The notes under the pieces were generated by a model, which was not told the origin of the DNA, ran no database searches, and was given only the letters and a program-made list of their open reading frames with translations. The position numbers and the translations under genes were made by a program. A stretch of 47,830 nucleotides of DNA, from positions 1 to 47,830 of the IMG/VR virus record IMGVR_UViG_3300048577_000065; one strand, 5' to 3'. Within the stretch, counting starts at the first letter, position 1. The number at the start of each line of letters is the position of its first letter. Source of the stretch: a virus (lineage: Duplodnaviria; Caudoviricetes). Positions 17,762-27,578 of this stretch are shown here, piece after piece.

Positions 17762-18777
17762 GCCAAGCTCGACGACGTACGGCTTGACGCCCGGGGCGGG
17801 CTTCTCGTTCTGGGTGCGCCACCGGTCGAGCACGGCCTGCTCCTGATCCACCACGGTGCGGACCTCGTACTCGCCTTCCGACCGCGGGTCGAGCACACGG
17901 GCCATGTCGTGGCCGTACGGGCTGGTGGTGTCCTCCAGTTCGGTCAGCGCCAGCGCGAGCGTCCGGTCACGCACATCCCACTGGCTCATTGCTGACGGCG
18001 GAACACCCCAGGCGCGCGCGGTCCGCAGCCAGCGAACTAGCCCTGGTCGCTCCCGGAGGTGCGGGACAAAAAACTCGGCGGGACCTCCGGCGCCGTCTCG
18101 GACAGTTCGTCGATCTCGGTGATGATCCTGTTGACCTGCGGATCGCCGATCCGGGCCGCTAGCCGGATCACCTGCTCCACCGACACGTGTTCGGCTACCG
18201 TCCGCCCGTCCTGCTCGATCCGCACGGTCGCCCGGGCGACCTTCTCGGCGCCGCACGCCAGGTTCACGTCGAGCACGTGCTGCTGGAACGCTTCGATCTC
18301 CTCGGCGTGCTCGTCCTGCCACCGCTCCAGCTGGGCGCGGTAAGCGTTGTACATGCCGAGGAATGCCTTGGCCTGGGTCTCGGTCGGGTTGGGCTGCACT
18401 GACGGGATCTTCCCGCGGAACCGCGGTTCGTCTTGCAGCGGATGGGCTGCAAGGATCGCGGCCAGATCGTCGGAGGTGAGCGCCCGTACATGCCAGCTGG
18501 TGCGGGAGGCTTCGATGTCGGCGAGTAACTGCTCGGCCTCGGCTTCCAGGGCGGCGATCGGGTTGTCGTCGGTGATGCCGCCTTCACCCCGGGCGATCTG
18601 CTGGGCGCGCTCGTAGCGGCGTTGCAGGTCGTCCCACCGGGAGAGCAGGGCGGGGTTCTGCAGGATCTCCACCGAGCCCTGGGCGAGGGTGGCACCGTCC
18701 AGCCAGTCGTCGAACTGGTCGGCGGTGATGCCTTCCTGGTCGGGCTGGCTGAACTCGGGCTGCTCGAAATCGGTCAT
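17738..18777 (-). CDS. Tail assembly chaperone G-T fusion (-1 frameshift product)
   Basis: The -1 frame continues FVPHLRERPGLVRWLRTARAWGVPPS...AAGELA* after the slippery site. Confidence 0.75.
18037..18777 (-). CDS. Tail assembly chaperone G
   Basis: 246-aa acidic protein between the major tail and tape measure genes. Confidence 0.8.
   Translation of the reverse strand: MTDFEQPEFSQPDQEGITADQFDDWLDGATLAQGSVEILQNPALLSRWDDLQRRYERAQQIARGEGGITDDNPIAALEAEAEQLLADIEASRTSWHVRALTSDDLAAILAAHPLQDEPRFRGKIPSVQPNPTETQAKAFLGMYNAYRAQLERWQDEHAEEIEAFQQHVLDVNLACGAEKVARATVRIEQDGRTVAEHVSVEQVIRLAARIGDPQVNRIITEIDELSETAPEVPPSFLSRTSGSDQG
18067..18073 (-). other. Programmed -1 frameshift slippery heptamer T TTT TTG
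   Basis: AGT TTT TTG near the 3' end of chaperone G; -1 frame is open to 17738. Confidence 0.8.
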
Positions 18778-18791
18778 GACGCTGGTTTCCT

Positions 18792-18863
18792 TTCACGGGA
18801 TCACGGGGGTGGGCACGGGTTTGACCGGTGGGGTGTGTGACCCGTGAACGCACACCCCACCGG
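18792..18863 (-). promoter_or_regulatory. 13-bp hairpin whose loop is complementary to the chaperone RBS region
   Basis: Stem 18825-18837 / 18851-18863; loop octamer 18841-18848 complementary to 18792-18799. Confidence 0.5.
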
Positions 18864-18875
18864 GGCTCTCAGGGG

Positions 18876-19385
18876 TTAGGCGACCATCGTCTTGCCGAGG
18901 CGGAAGGTGCCCTGCTGCAGCAGCGGCACCGTCAGCTTCAGGTAGCCGTCGCCGGCACCGCCGGACTGCTGGGGGCTGTCCGCCATGAACAGGAACACGT
19001 CGACCACGTCCGCGACGCCCAGCGCGACCGAGGCCGGCTTACCGAGCCGGCGCAGGATCCAGCCGACCTCACGGGCGCCGGTGAACAGCGACATCACGTC
19101 GTTCGCGGTCGCGATCCCCGCGGCGTAGTCGCGGAACAGGACGAGGTTGCCCTCGTAGTTGCCGATGGTCGGCACGACCGCGTTCGACGAGTCGGTGATG
19201 CCCTTCTCGTTCACCGTGTCGGACGCGGTCGGGTTGATGTTGGTGGTGGTGACCACGAACTGCGAGATGTTCTTGACGCCGGCGGCGGACGCGTCGCTCA
19301 GCTTCGGGCTGTCGGGGGTGGTGATCCCGGCGGCGCCGGGGATCCACCAGTAGCCGGTGACGTTCAGGTCGACGATGCGAGCCAT
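18876..19385 (-). CDS. Major tail (tube) protein
   Basis: 169 aa; position before the chaperones; actinophage tube-like sequence (WWIPG...P...GWILRRLG). Confidence 0.8.
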   Translation of the reverse strand: MARIVDLNVTGYWWIPGAAGITTPDSPKLSDASAAGVKNISQFVVTTTNINPTASDTVNEKGITDSSNAVVPTIGNYEGNLVLFRDYAAGIATANDVMSLFTGAREVGWILRRLGKPASVALGVADVVDVFLFMADSPQQSGGAGDGYLKLTVPLLQQGTFRLGKTMVA

Positions 19386-19388
19386 GGT

Positions 19389-19580
19389 TCAGTTCTCCTT
19401 CTTCTCGCCCGCACCGGGCGACTCGGGCTTGCCGGCCGCGGGTGCGGCGGGCGGGGTCACGGGTACGGCAGCCTCGACCGGCTGGTAGGGGGTGACTTCG
19501 ATCGGCTTGAATCCCTGGTCGACGTACGGCTCGACCTCGAACACGGGCCCGGCCACGGCCGGGTCGCTCTTCTTCGCCAT
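19389..19580 (-). CDS. 63-aa hypothetical protein
   Basis: MAKKSDPAVAG...; GAGGAG RBS. Confidence 0.6.
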   Translation of the reverse strand: MAKKSDPAVAGPVFEVEPYVDQGFKPIEVTPYQPVEAAVPVTPPAAPAAGKPESPGAGEKKEN

Positions 19581-19643
19581 AGCGGGCTCCTCTGTGTGCA
19601 CGGCAGACAGCCCGCCGGCGGCGGGCTGCAGATCGGTGATGGT

Positions 19644-20042
19644 TCAGGCGGGGGTGGCGACCATCTGGTAGCGGTCGACCGCGAAGCACGGATGCTGGTT
19701 GGTGTCCGGCAAGGTGACGGCCTCATCGGGCTGCACGGTCTGCGAGACGGTCCGCGACAGGGTCACGAGCATGCCGTCGACGGTGAGCCGGGCCGTGTCG
19801 AGCAGGCCGCGGGTTCGGGTGGACAGCAGCAGCACGTTGCCGGGGGTGGTGTCCACCATCGTCACCCCGAGCAGGTCCGACATGTCCTCATCGGCCGTGA
19901 TCGACGCCTCGATCCCCGGCTGCCCCGGGGTGGACCACAGCAGCACGTACGGGAAGGCGGGCCGGTCCGGGACCGTGACGTAGTGCGCGGTGATCCCCGT
20001 CTGCGCGAGCAGGGCGATCAGGTGGTCGATGATCGGCTTCAC
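19644..20042 (-). CDS. Tail terminator protein
   Basis: PAFPYVLLW motif; synteny; GTGA overlap. Confidence 0.65.
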   Translation of the reverse strand: MKPIIDHLIALLAQTGITAHYVTVPDRPAFPYVLLWSTPGQPGIEASITADEDMSDLLGVTMVDTTPGNVLLLSTRTRGLLDTARLTVDGMLVTLSRTVSQTVQPDEAVTLPDTNQHPCFAVDRYQMVATPA

Positions 20043-20422
20043 AGCACACCGCCAACCAGCTTCTCCAGCCACGCGACCGTGCGGGCCGCCTCCGCCTCCA
20101 GGGCACCCATCGGGTCCGGCACCGTCCCGCCACCCCGCGAGGTGCCGAAGTAGGCGATGTTCGCCAGCGAGCCGGGATCACCGGCGCCATGGGTGGGACC
20201 CACCTCAAGCAGCAGCGTGTCGGCTGCAGGGGTGGTGATGTCGTAGCTGATGCGGTGCGCCGCACCCTTGAAGTGTTCGGAGCCTCGCATCTCCTCACGC
20301 ATCTGCTTCTTGATGTTCACCCCGGCCTTCGACATCACGGCGCGCAGCTCCGTCGCGACCGCGGCCGCCGACTTGTTCAGGTCTGCTGCGAGTGCTTCGA
20401 GTTCGGAGGCGTCCCACGGCAT
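20039..20422 (-). CDS. HK97 gp10-like neck protein
   Basis: MPWDASELEALAADL...ISYD...EVGP...ANIAYFGTS. Confidence 0.7.
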   Translation of the reverse strand: MPWDASELEALAADLNKSAAAVATELRAVMSKAGVNIKKQMREEMRGSEHFKGAAHRISYDITTPAADTLLLEVGPTHGAGDPGSLANIAYFGTSRGGGTVPDPMGALEAEAARTVAWLEKLVGGVL

Positions 20423-20823
20423 CAGAGGATCTCCTCGACCTGGACGCGGTACGCGACGGACAGGCTGGCCGCCGGCGCCTCGCCGATCAGCCGGTAGCTG
20501 CGGCCCACCAGTGTCGGGTCGGGCGGGTTCTCGGTGCACGTCCACACGTCCCCGACTCGCATCCGGAAAGCGCCGACCGGGAAATGGAGTTGCGGCTGCT
20601 GGGCGGTCAGCGAAGCGCCAGCCACCAGCACCTGGTCCGGCGCGGTACGTGCCCTCACCAGCCGTGCCGTGCCCGTGTATACCGGTGTGCGGTGCGGCAC
20701 TTCGCGTCCGTCGACGTCGGTGGTGGTCCCGTCGACCCGGGTGACGGTGCCTGCCGACACCATCATGGATTCGGCGTGTGCCCGGAGTTCGACGAGCGCC
20801 TGCTGGATGTCGTCACCAAGCAT
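20422..20823 (-). CDS. Head-to-tail stopper (DUF6093-like)
   Basis: AESMM...VYTGTAR...LHFPVG...DPTLVGR pattern; synteny. Confidence 0.7.
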   Translation of the reverse strand: MLGDDIQQALVELRAHAESMMVSAGTVTRVDGTTTDVDGREVPHRTPVYTGTARLVRARTAPDQVLVAGASLTAQQPQLHFPVGAFRMRVGDVWTCTENPPDPTLVGRSYRLIGEAPAASLSVAYRVQVEEIL

Positions 20824-21205
20824 GGTGGGAGCCGGGGTGGCGGTGGGGACGGTCGAGCCGAATCGTGAATGCCCCGCCGGTGTTGGTCGGGAACAGCATG
20901 TTCCACCACTCGTCGCGGATCCGGATCTGGCCGGTCGCGGACTCGTAGCGGCGGGACACCTGCCCGTCGTCGACCTGCACAGTGATCTGGGTGGCATCGT
21001 CGGGGTAGCGGAAGCGGTCCGCGACCGCCTCGGTGACCACCATGTCGAGCACATGCTGGTCCAGCGCCGCGGCGGTGGTGTTCTCGCGGACAGCCCGGGC
21101 CTCGATGATGGTGAGTGCCTGCCCGATCCACATCGCGGCCTGCTGCCGCTGCGGGTTGGTGAGGGTGCGGCCCAGCGTCTGCTCAACTTCTTGCCAGGTG
21201 ACCAT
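20813..21205 (-). CDS. Head-to-tail adaptor (Gp19/Gp15/Gp42-like)
   Basis: MVTWQEVEQTLGRTLT...VVTEAV...VDDGQVSRRY...GAFTI. Confidence 0.75.
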   Translation of the reverse strand: MVTWQEVEQTLGRTLTNPQRQQAAMWIGQALTIIEARAVRENTTAAALDQHVLDMVVTEAVADRFRYPDDATQITVQVDDGQVSRRYESATGQIRIRDEWWNMLFPTNTGGAFTIRLDRPHRHPGSHHAW

Positions 21206-21224
21206 CAGGACCGCACCCCCTCTG

Positions 21225-21380
21225 CTACTTCCTCGCCGGCTTCGACGTGGCCTTGACCACGTCGTCGGGATGGACCAGCCCCTCGGCCCAGTCAGGCAGG
21301 GGCTGGCCTGCGAGCAGGGCCGTGGCGGCACCCGTCTCCGGGTGCCGCACGACCACTGTCAGGGCGAGGGTGCCGCTCAC
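21225..21380 (-). CDS. 51-aa protein downstream of the major capsid gene
   Basis: MSGTLALTVVVRHPETGAATALLAGQPLPDWAEGLVHPDDVVKATSKPARK; GTGA overlap. Confidence 0.65.
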   Translation of the reverse strand: MSGTLALTVVVRHPETGAATALLAGQPLPDWAEGLVHPDDVVKATSKPARK

Positions 21381-22423
21381 TGCAGAACCTGGATCGCCAT
21401 CGACGCGTTCGGGTTGGCCAGCACCGGCTCACCGATGGAGTCGGCCTCGGCCTCGATCGAGGAGCCGACCTTCTCGTCACGGAAGATGCCGACGACGATG
21501 CCCGGCTGCTCGTCGGGCTCGATGCCCCACGAGTCGTACTGGGCGGAGACGGTGCGGCCCCAGTAGGTGGCGCCCAACAGGGAGCCGTCCTCGTCGTCCA
21601 CCGCGACCGGTTCCGGCAGCAAGTAGATCTTCTTGGGGTTCAGCACCTTCGTGAGGGTGCCCTCGATCGCCACCGACCGCTCGTACACCTCGTACGGCGG
21701 GATCCCGGCGCCATCGGAGTACGCCTGCACCTCCGACGCGATCGGCGGACGGGACGCCGTGCCGACGTTCGTCTTGAACTGGTTCCCGGCCGCGTACGCG
21801 TTGAACACCGCACGGGACCCGAACACCAGACGGCCCGGCTTCTCCCCGTTGTTGAACGAGGCGTACAGGTCCATCCACGTCGACAGTTGGGTCAGCCGGT
21901 CCACGGTGGCATCGGCCCACCAGTTCCCAGTACCGGCCGAGGCTGACAGGGAGCCGTCGCGGCCGAACACGTCCGAGATCCAGAAGTTGTCCTCGTCGAC
22001 CAGCAGGGAGCCGGCGTCGATGACCTTGCCGCGCGCCCACTCCTGCCGCATCGAGATCGCCTGGACGTTGCGGCGGATCGCCGCTTCCACGCTCTTCTTG
22101 ATCCGGTCGTCGGACAGGTTCGCGAGTTCCTTCTGGGTCATCTCGTCGATCGGCTCTGTGCGAGCGATCGACGGCAGGTCAATGCTCGATGCCTTCACGC
22201 CGGCACCCTTCCCGACCTCGGGGCGGGCGTTGAACGCACGGTAGCGGGCGGCGTCCACCAGGCCGGTGGAGCCCGGGTAGAACTTCACGTGGTCGGAGGC
22301 GACGAACACGTTCGGCAGGAACCGGGCGAGGCTGCCGCCTCGCGCCTGCTCGATGACGTACTGCTCGTCGCGGGCGATCCCGGTCGCTTCGACGGGGTCG
22401 ATCAGGTCAGTCCATAGAGGCAT
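21377..22423 (-). CDS. Major capsid protein (lambda E-like family)
   Basis: 348 aa; LARFLPN, LPSIA, GATYWG, PVLANPN motifs; follows the decoration gene. Confidence 0.85.
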   Translation of the reverse strand: MPLWTDLIDPVEATGIARDEQYVIEQARGGSLARFLPNVFVASDHVKFYPGSTGLVDAARYRAFNARPEVGKGAGVKASSIDLPSIARTEPIDEMTQKELANLSDDRIKKSVEAAIRRNVQAISMRQEWARGKVIDAGSLLVDEDNFWISDVFGRDGSLSASAGTGNWWADATVDRLTQLSTWMDLYASFNNGEKPGRLVFGSRAVFNAYAAGNQFKTNVGTASRPPIASEVQAYSDGAGIPPYEVYERSVAIEGTLTKVLNPKKIYLLPEPVAVDDEDGSLLGATYWGRTVSAQYDSWGIEPDEQPGIVVGIFRDEKVGSSIEAEADSIGEPVLANPNASMAIQVLQ

Positions 22424-22426
22424 GGC

Positions 22427-22792
22427 TCAGCTCCCGAAGTAGAAGCGCGGCTGGGCCGCGGTGGTGGGCACGGTGAAGGCGATCGGCAGCTTGGCCGTCT
22501 TGATGTTGCCGCGGGTGACCACGGCCACGTTGACGTCCTCAACGCCATCGGTCTTGAAGTCGCCCTTGAGGAAGCCGAGGACCGCACCTGCGGTGTCGGC
22601 CCAGGGGCGGATGTCGTCCAGGTCGTCGATCCGGACGGGGAGACCGGACGGCAGGTAGCCGTCGGGGTAGTGGGTGCCGGCGGTGAAGTCCGAGATGTCG
22701 GCAACTCCGGTGATGGCCTCGTCGAGGCCGTCGGTGTTGCGCATCCAGGAGAAGTCACCGCTGCCGTACGTCTTGGTCTTCAGACCAGGCAT
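22427..22792 (-). CDS. Head decoration protein (D-like)
   Basis: 121 aa; HYPDGYLPSG...GFL...G.I...KLP; between scaffold and capsid genes. Confidence 0.75.
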   Translation of the reverse strand: MPGLKTKTYGSGDFSWMRNTDGLDEAITGVADISDFTAGTHYPDGYLPSGLPVRIDDLDDIRPWADTAGAVLGFLKGDFKTDGVEDVNVAVVTRGNIKTAKLPIAFTVPTTAAQPRFYFGS

Positions 22793-22818
22793 GGGGGTTC
22801 CTTTCGAGCGTGTTCGGA

Positions 22819-23469
22819 TCAGTTGGTCTTGCTCTTGGCTTCGCGGGCAGCGCGCCGCTCGGCCACCACTTCCGCCACCGAGGCGGGCTTGTCACCACCG
22901 CCCCCACCGTGGCCTTGTGACGGGTCGGGGGCGGGCGTTCCCGGCTTCGCGCCGAGGAGGGTCTTGAGCTTGTCGGCATCGGCCTCGAGTTCTGCGGTGG
23001 TGCTGCCGACGAGCCGTTCGGCGAGGCTCAGGTCGAGGCCCTTCGCGGCCGCGATCCGGTACTTCTCGACGAGGCCCTTGGCTTCCGTGCCCTCAGCCTT
23101 CGCGGCCTCAAGGTCGGCTGCCGCCTTCTGCTCGGTGGTCAGCTTCGCGTCGTCGATCTGCTTCTGCAGGGTGTCGGCACGCTGCTTCTCGGCGTCTGCC
23201 TTGGCCCGTTCCGCGACGATCGCCCGCTTTCCCGGGTCACCGAGCGCGGTCCACGCCTCGTCGGTGATGTCAGCCGGCTTCGCCGGCGGCACGGCCGCAG
23301 GTGGCGGGGTCGGCGCCGGGTTGGGTGGATTGGTCGGCCCCGCGCCGTCCTGCGCGGGTGGCTCGGTGGGGCCGGCCGACATCGTCCAGCCCGCGAACCG
23401 GTCGCGGTCTCGGTCGATGATCGCCTGGAGCTCGGCGGGGATCGTGGGCAGCGTGAACGGGCTGGGCAT
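22819..23469 (-). CDS. Capsid scaffolding protein
   Basis: LGDPGKRAIVAER coiled coil; RLVGSTTAELEADA; PAPDPSQG. Confidence 0.8.
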   Translation of the reverse strand: MPSPFTLPTIPAELQAIIDRDRDRFAGWTMSAGPTEPPAQDGAGPTNPPNPAPTPPPAAVPPAKPADITDEAWTALGDPGKRAIVAERAKADAEKQRADTLQKQIDDAKLTTEQKAAADLEAAKAEGTEAKGLVEKYRIAAAKGLDLSLAERLVGSTTAELEADADKLKTLLGAKPGTPAPDPSQGHGGGGGDKPASVAEVVAERRAAREAKSKTN

Positions 23470-23524
23470 GGTGTTCTCCGAATCGCTCGGTTGTGGTCCC
23501 GCCGCCTCGCGCGGACGGGGAGAA

Positions 23525-24571
23525 TCAGGGGAGGGTGGCTGCGATGCGCCGCATTTCGGCCACAGTGGTGCGGGCGAGCTTGGCGATGTCGCCGACGATG
23601 TAGCCGTTCTTCTGCAGCAGCAGGAGAACCTCTTTGTCGTTGCGGGCGATCGCGTAGATGCCCTCAGGGGTCAGACGCCGTTGCGTCCGCCGCTCGGTGT
23701 AGTTGCGGACTGCGCCACGCGGCCCGACCTTGACAGCGGTTTCGACGGTGCGTCGACCCTGCTCCCGGTCGATCGCCCGCCGCAGGTATGAGGCGTAGCC
23801 GCGCCGGGTCGTCCCCTCACCGGTCTCGAACATCTTGACCCGGGCCGAGGGTGTGGCCTGACGGTAGGCGTTCACCACCTGCGACGGGTCGGCACCATCG
23901 GCCAGGGCTCGCCGCTGGGCTTCGGTCAGGTCGTGGATCTGGTCGGGGTTGATGCTGGTCGTGTAGCCGTCCGGCACCCGGCCCTTGGCTGGGCAATGGA
24001 CGCAGTCGCAGCCATGGTGGCGCTGGAAACCGGCGTTGTGCCGGAAGAACTTGCCCGCCAGTACCGCGCAGTTCTGGCAGCACGGCGGGTTGACGTGCCT
24101 GACCCAGCCGGTGTCCGGCTGTGCGCTGATCCCGGCCGCGGTGGCCATCCGGCCGGCCTCCACCACCTGGGTCTTGGTGAGCAGGTCCAGGAACTGCCCG
24201 CCGGTCGCCATCTGCTCGGCCAACGTGCCGCCGACCGCCATACCGGGCACCACCTGTAGCAGCGACTCCAGCGGCTGCGCCAGCCCCGCATTGGTGGTGC
24301 TGTAGCCCCAACCGGCGAACGCTACCGGTTGCAGCTTGGCGACCGTCGAGGTCACGACACCCTGCTCGCTCAGTGCCGCAGGCACATAGGTACCGGCGTC
24401 GGCAGCGGCACCGATCTGGGCTGTGCTGATCAGTGCGAACAGACGAGTCGCGATCCGGTCGAAGTCCGCAGGTTTCGACAGCTTCGACCACTCGGCCCTC
24501 GTGCCGAGGATCGCAGCAAGGATGCGGCGCTGCTGTGCGGCGTAGAAGTCAGCCGCCGACCGAAGCGGCAT
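23525..24571 (-). CDS. MuF-like minor capsid/maturation protein
   Basis: WVR...CCQNCAVLAG...FQRHHGCDC motif; follows the portal gene. Confidence 0.75.
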   Translation of the reverse strand: MPLRSAADFYAAQQRRILAAILGTRAEWSKLSKPADFDRIATRLFALISTAQIGAAADAGTYVPAALSEQGVVTSTVAKLQPVAFAGWGYSTTNAGLAQPLESLLQVVPGMAVGGTLAEQMATGGQFLDLLTKTQVVEAGRMATAAGISAQPDTGWVRHVNPPCCQNCAVLAGKFFRHNAGFQRHHGCDCVHCPAKGRVPDGYTTSINPDQIHDLTEAQRRALADGADPSQVVNAYRQATPSARVKMFETGEGTTRRGYASYLRRAIDREQGRRTVETAVKVGPRGAVRNYTERRTQRRLTPEGIYAIARNDKEVLLLLQKNGYIVGDIAKLARTTVAEMRRIAATLP

Positions 24572-25916
24572 CAAGCTTCTCCATCAGCGCGTTCAGGGTC
24601 GGGTCGTTGGCCTCCTCAGCCAGCCGTGCCTTCTCCTGCCGCTTGCGGGCCTCATCCCAGCCGAGCTCGTCCCACATGCCTTCCACCGAGATCGCGCCGA
24701 CCGAGCGGAGTTTGGTGAGCCCGTCGACCGCCTGGCTGTAGGTGGTGGTCGACGGGTCGTGCCAGCGGGCCCTGATCGTGTTCGGCGCGCCCCACTCGCC
24801 GGTCCGGAACCGCTCCTCCAGACCCATCAGCCATGACCAGGCGTCACCGTCGAAGGTGTTCATCTGGTCGACGTTCTGGACAAGCCGGTCCAGGTCAGCG
24901 ACGATCGCGCCCTCCGAGGCCGGGTTGACCGTGTTCGGGTTCGTGTACCTGGTCGGCAGGCCCAGCATCAGTGCACACCAGGCGAGCAGATTGTTCACCG
25001 ACGCGTGGAAGTTGCTCAGGTCGGACGCCTCGAACTGGCCGAACTTCGCGTCCTTGTTCTCGGTGGCCCGGATCGCGGTGAAATACGCCTCCCAGATCGG
25101 CAGCATCTTGCCGTCCGCGTCCACAAAGTCCGACTTCGCGACACCCGCAGCCCACCGCGACGGGACTGCATGCGTGTCGCCGCTCACTCCCATGTTGGTG
25201 ATCATGCGGGCGATCGCGTCGGTCGGGCCGATCACGTCAGCCATCTCCGACGTGCCGGCGTAGTTCCCGGTCCGGGGGCGGTTCAGGAACCCGACGATCG
25301 GCACCACACCCAGCCCGTGGTCGTCACGGTCCACGACATCCCAGCCGCGGGTGCCGCGGGCGATATGCACCGTCGAGTCCGGCAGGTACAGCGTGCCAAG
25401 GGTCTGCCTGGTGCTCTCGTCGCGGTACTGTCGCAGCCCGGCCCTCACCCTGCCGCGCGCCGCGTCCACATCACAGGCAAGGTTCCGCGGATCCTCGAGG
25501 GTGATCAGCGGACGACCCTGCTCGTCTGGATTGGTGCCGACCATTCCCCACGACCGGCCGAAGATCCTGGTCTCCTTCGACGCGAGCGCCGACTTCGAGC
25601 CAAGGTTGTTGTACTCCCACGCCTCCATCAGCGCCGGATCGGACTGGGTCTGGTCACCGACCCGGTAGAAGAACCGCAGCTTCTGGCGCCGGACCGGCTC
25701 ATCCACCGCCATCCTCGGCACATTCAGGATGACCGTGAAGTCCTCCGCCAACTCCGGCGGGAGCGCGATCCCGATGTGCTTCACCCGCTGGGCGGCCTCG
25801 TAGTAGTTGTCGAGCCGCTTCAACCCCCTGAGGTCGGCACGGATCTTGGCCGACAGCCTCCGGATGGCAATCTTCTCGTCGTCGGAGAGGACCGATGCGG
25901 TCAACAACTCAGCCAC
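24549..25916 (-). CDS. Portal protein (SPP1 gp6-like)
   Basis: 455 aa; LDNYYEA, HGLGVVPIV.F.NR, GTSEM, NPASEGAI. Confidence 0.9.
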   Translation of the reverse strand: MAELLTASVLSDDEKIAIRRLSAKIRADLRGLKRLDNYYEAAQRVKHIGIALPPELAEDFTVILNVPRMAVDEPVRRQKLRFFYRVGDQTQSDPALMEAWEYNNLGSKSALASKETRIFGRSWGMVGTNPDEQGRPLITLEDPRNLACDVDAARGRVRAGLRQYRDESTRQTLGTLYLPDSTVHIARGTRGWDVVDRDDHGLGVVPIVGFLNRPRTGNYAGTSEMADVIGPTDAIARMITNMGVSGDTHAVPSRWAAGVAKSDFVDADGKMLPIWEAYFTAIRATENKDAKFGQFEASDLSNFHASVNNLLAWCALMLGLPTRYTNPNTVNPASEGAIVADLDRLVQNVDQMNTFDGDAWSWLMGLEERFRTGEWGAPNTIRARWHDPSTTTYSQAVDGLTKLRSVGAISVEGMWDELGWDEARKRQEKARLAEEANDPTLNALMEKLDAASVGG

Positions 25917-25925
25917 AAGCCCTCC

Positions 25926-27578
25926 TCATCGTCGGAAGTGGAACACCCTGTTATCGACCGACTTGCCCCAGCCGTCAGTGATCGCATCTGCGCGCGCTTC
26001 GTAGGCCAGCGCGTCGGACACGACGGCGTCGATCTTGCGTGGCGAGTTCGGGTACTCCTTGCGGACCAGCACCAACGACCCCTTCTTGCGCTGGTAGGCG
26101 TTGCCGTAGTGGGCCAGCACAGCCGGATCTGTGGACTGCCTGCTCGCCCGCCTAATGATGTCCACCCGGAGCCGGTCCAGCGCCGCGGCCATCGGAGTGT
26201 CGCGGGAGGTTGGCCACGGCACCACGACATCACCGAACTCGCGAGCAAGGTCGTCCACGTCGGTGCGCCATTCGTGCGGGTCGCAGTAGGCGCGGGAGAT
26301 GGTGAATTGGCCCATCGCCCAACGGAACCTGTCCAGCACCTCGCGGCGCGGAACCTCCCAGCCGGCCCCGGCTGCGCCCTCCGGCTTCTCCCAAATGCCG
26401 ATCGTGAACCTGAGCCCATCCGTCATACGGCAGCCTCGCAGCACGGTCGAGTCGTCGTTCAACGACCCGTCCAGACCCATCGAAATCGCAGCGCCCGGCT
26501 CAGGCATCCAGAACTTCTGACTGCCGAACTCGACCTGCGACAGCCCATCGACCGTCTCGACATCCTCCACCAGCGACTTCGAGATCCACGCGTCCGAACC
26601 AGCCATCGACCGGTTCAGGTAGTAGCGGGCCGCCTCGGCCTCATCCCGGCACTCGTTTGGGTCGAGCATCGTCCGGTAAACGTCTTCTGGGTCCATCCAT
26701 CCCGTGACCGGGTCCATCGCCGGGCCGTACACCTCACGCAGCTGTCGGATCGTCCGGTCCTTGTCGAGGATGTCGATCCGGCCCTTCGCCTCACGATGGT
26801 GGACCAGCCAGGTGGGGTCGAGCTTGCCCTGCTTGTACAACTTCTCCAGCGACTCCCACACCGACAGTTCGCCAAGCTTGCACGCCGTCGTCGTCAGCAG
26901 CGCCCAGGGTTCGGCCGACTTCCGCTTCGGCAAGTTCCGCATCACCGTCGCATACATGTTCCGAAGCTCCGGCAGCACATACAAGTGCACCTCGTCCGGC
27001 ACAACGAACGTCTCCTTGCCGCCATCCTTCGATGCCGAACCGGACGAGGATGAGCGGCACTCTCCGCCATCAGGCAGATAGACGTTCTGCGCCGACCGGT
27101 AGTCGCCGATCCCGCGAATCCCGCCGTAGACCTCCGGATGGGTGTCGTGGCCCCACTCACCCATCACGAACGCCAGATTCTGGAACGTGTTGCCGGACTG
27201 CTTCTCCTCAGTCGCCAAGCACCTGATGAACGGTGACTTCACTGGACGGCCGATCGGTTGCCCATCGGCGTCCCAGCCATCGAACCGGACCGGGGCCAGC
27301 GCCTCCGCGACGCCGATCAGGCCGGCCCGCTCCGACTTCGCCCGGCCCTTCGGCTCCGAATCGACCGCCCGCTTGACTAGCCGGCGGCCCGTGCTCGGAT
27401 CCAGCTCGTAGCAGTCGATGATCAGTTGCTCGAACTCCGGATCGGTCCGCAGGTTCAACGGCTCACCCTGCACATCGCCAGGGCCATGGCAGGTGTACTG
27501 CTCAAGCCACGGGATCAACTCGTACCCAAGCGAGCACTTCTGACCCTCGAACGCGGGCCGGAAGCCCGCACCCATCAC
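25926..27578 (-). CDS. Terminase large subunit
   Basis: PKGRAKS Walker A, FVVPDEVH Walker B, GLDGS..DDST and KIDA nuclease motifs. Confidence 0.92.
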   Translation of the reverse strand: MMGAGFRPAFEGQKCSLGYELIPWLEQYTCHGPGDVQGEPLNLRTDPEFEQLIIDCYELDPSTGRRLVKRAVDSEPKGRAKSERAGLIGVAEALAPVRFDGWDADGQPIGRPVKSPFIRCLATEEKQSGNTFQNLAFVMGEWGHDTHPEVYGGIRGIGDYRSAQNVYLPDGGECRSSSSGSASKDGGKETFVVPDEVHLYVLPELRNMYATVMRNLPKRKSAEPWALLTTTACKLGELSVWESLEKLYKQGKLDPTWLVHHREAKGRIDILDKDRTIRQLREVYGPAMDPVTGWMDPEDVYRTMLDPNECRDEAEAARYYLNRSMAGSDAWISKSLVEDVETVDGLSQVEFGSQKFWMPEPGAAISMGLDGSLNDDSTVLRGCRMTDGLRFTIGIWEKPEGAAGAGWEVPRREVLDRFRWAMGQFTISRAYCDPHEWRTDVDDLAREFGDVVVPWPTSRDTPMAAALDRLRVDIIRRASRQSTDPAVLAHYGNAYQRKKGSLVLVRKEYPNSPRKIDAVVSDALAYEARADAITDGWGKSVDNRVFHFRR

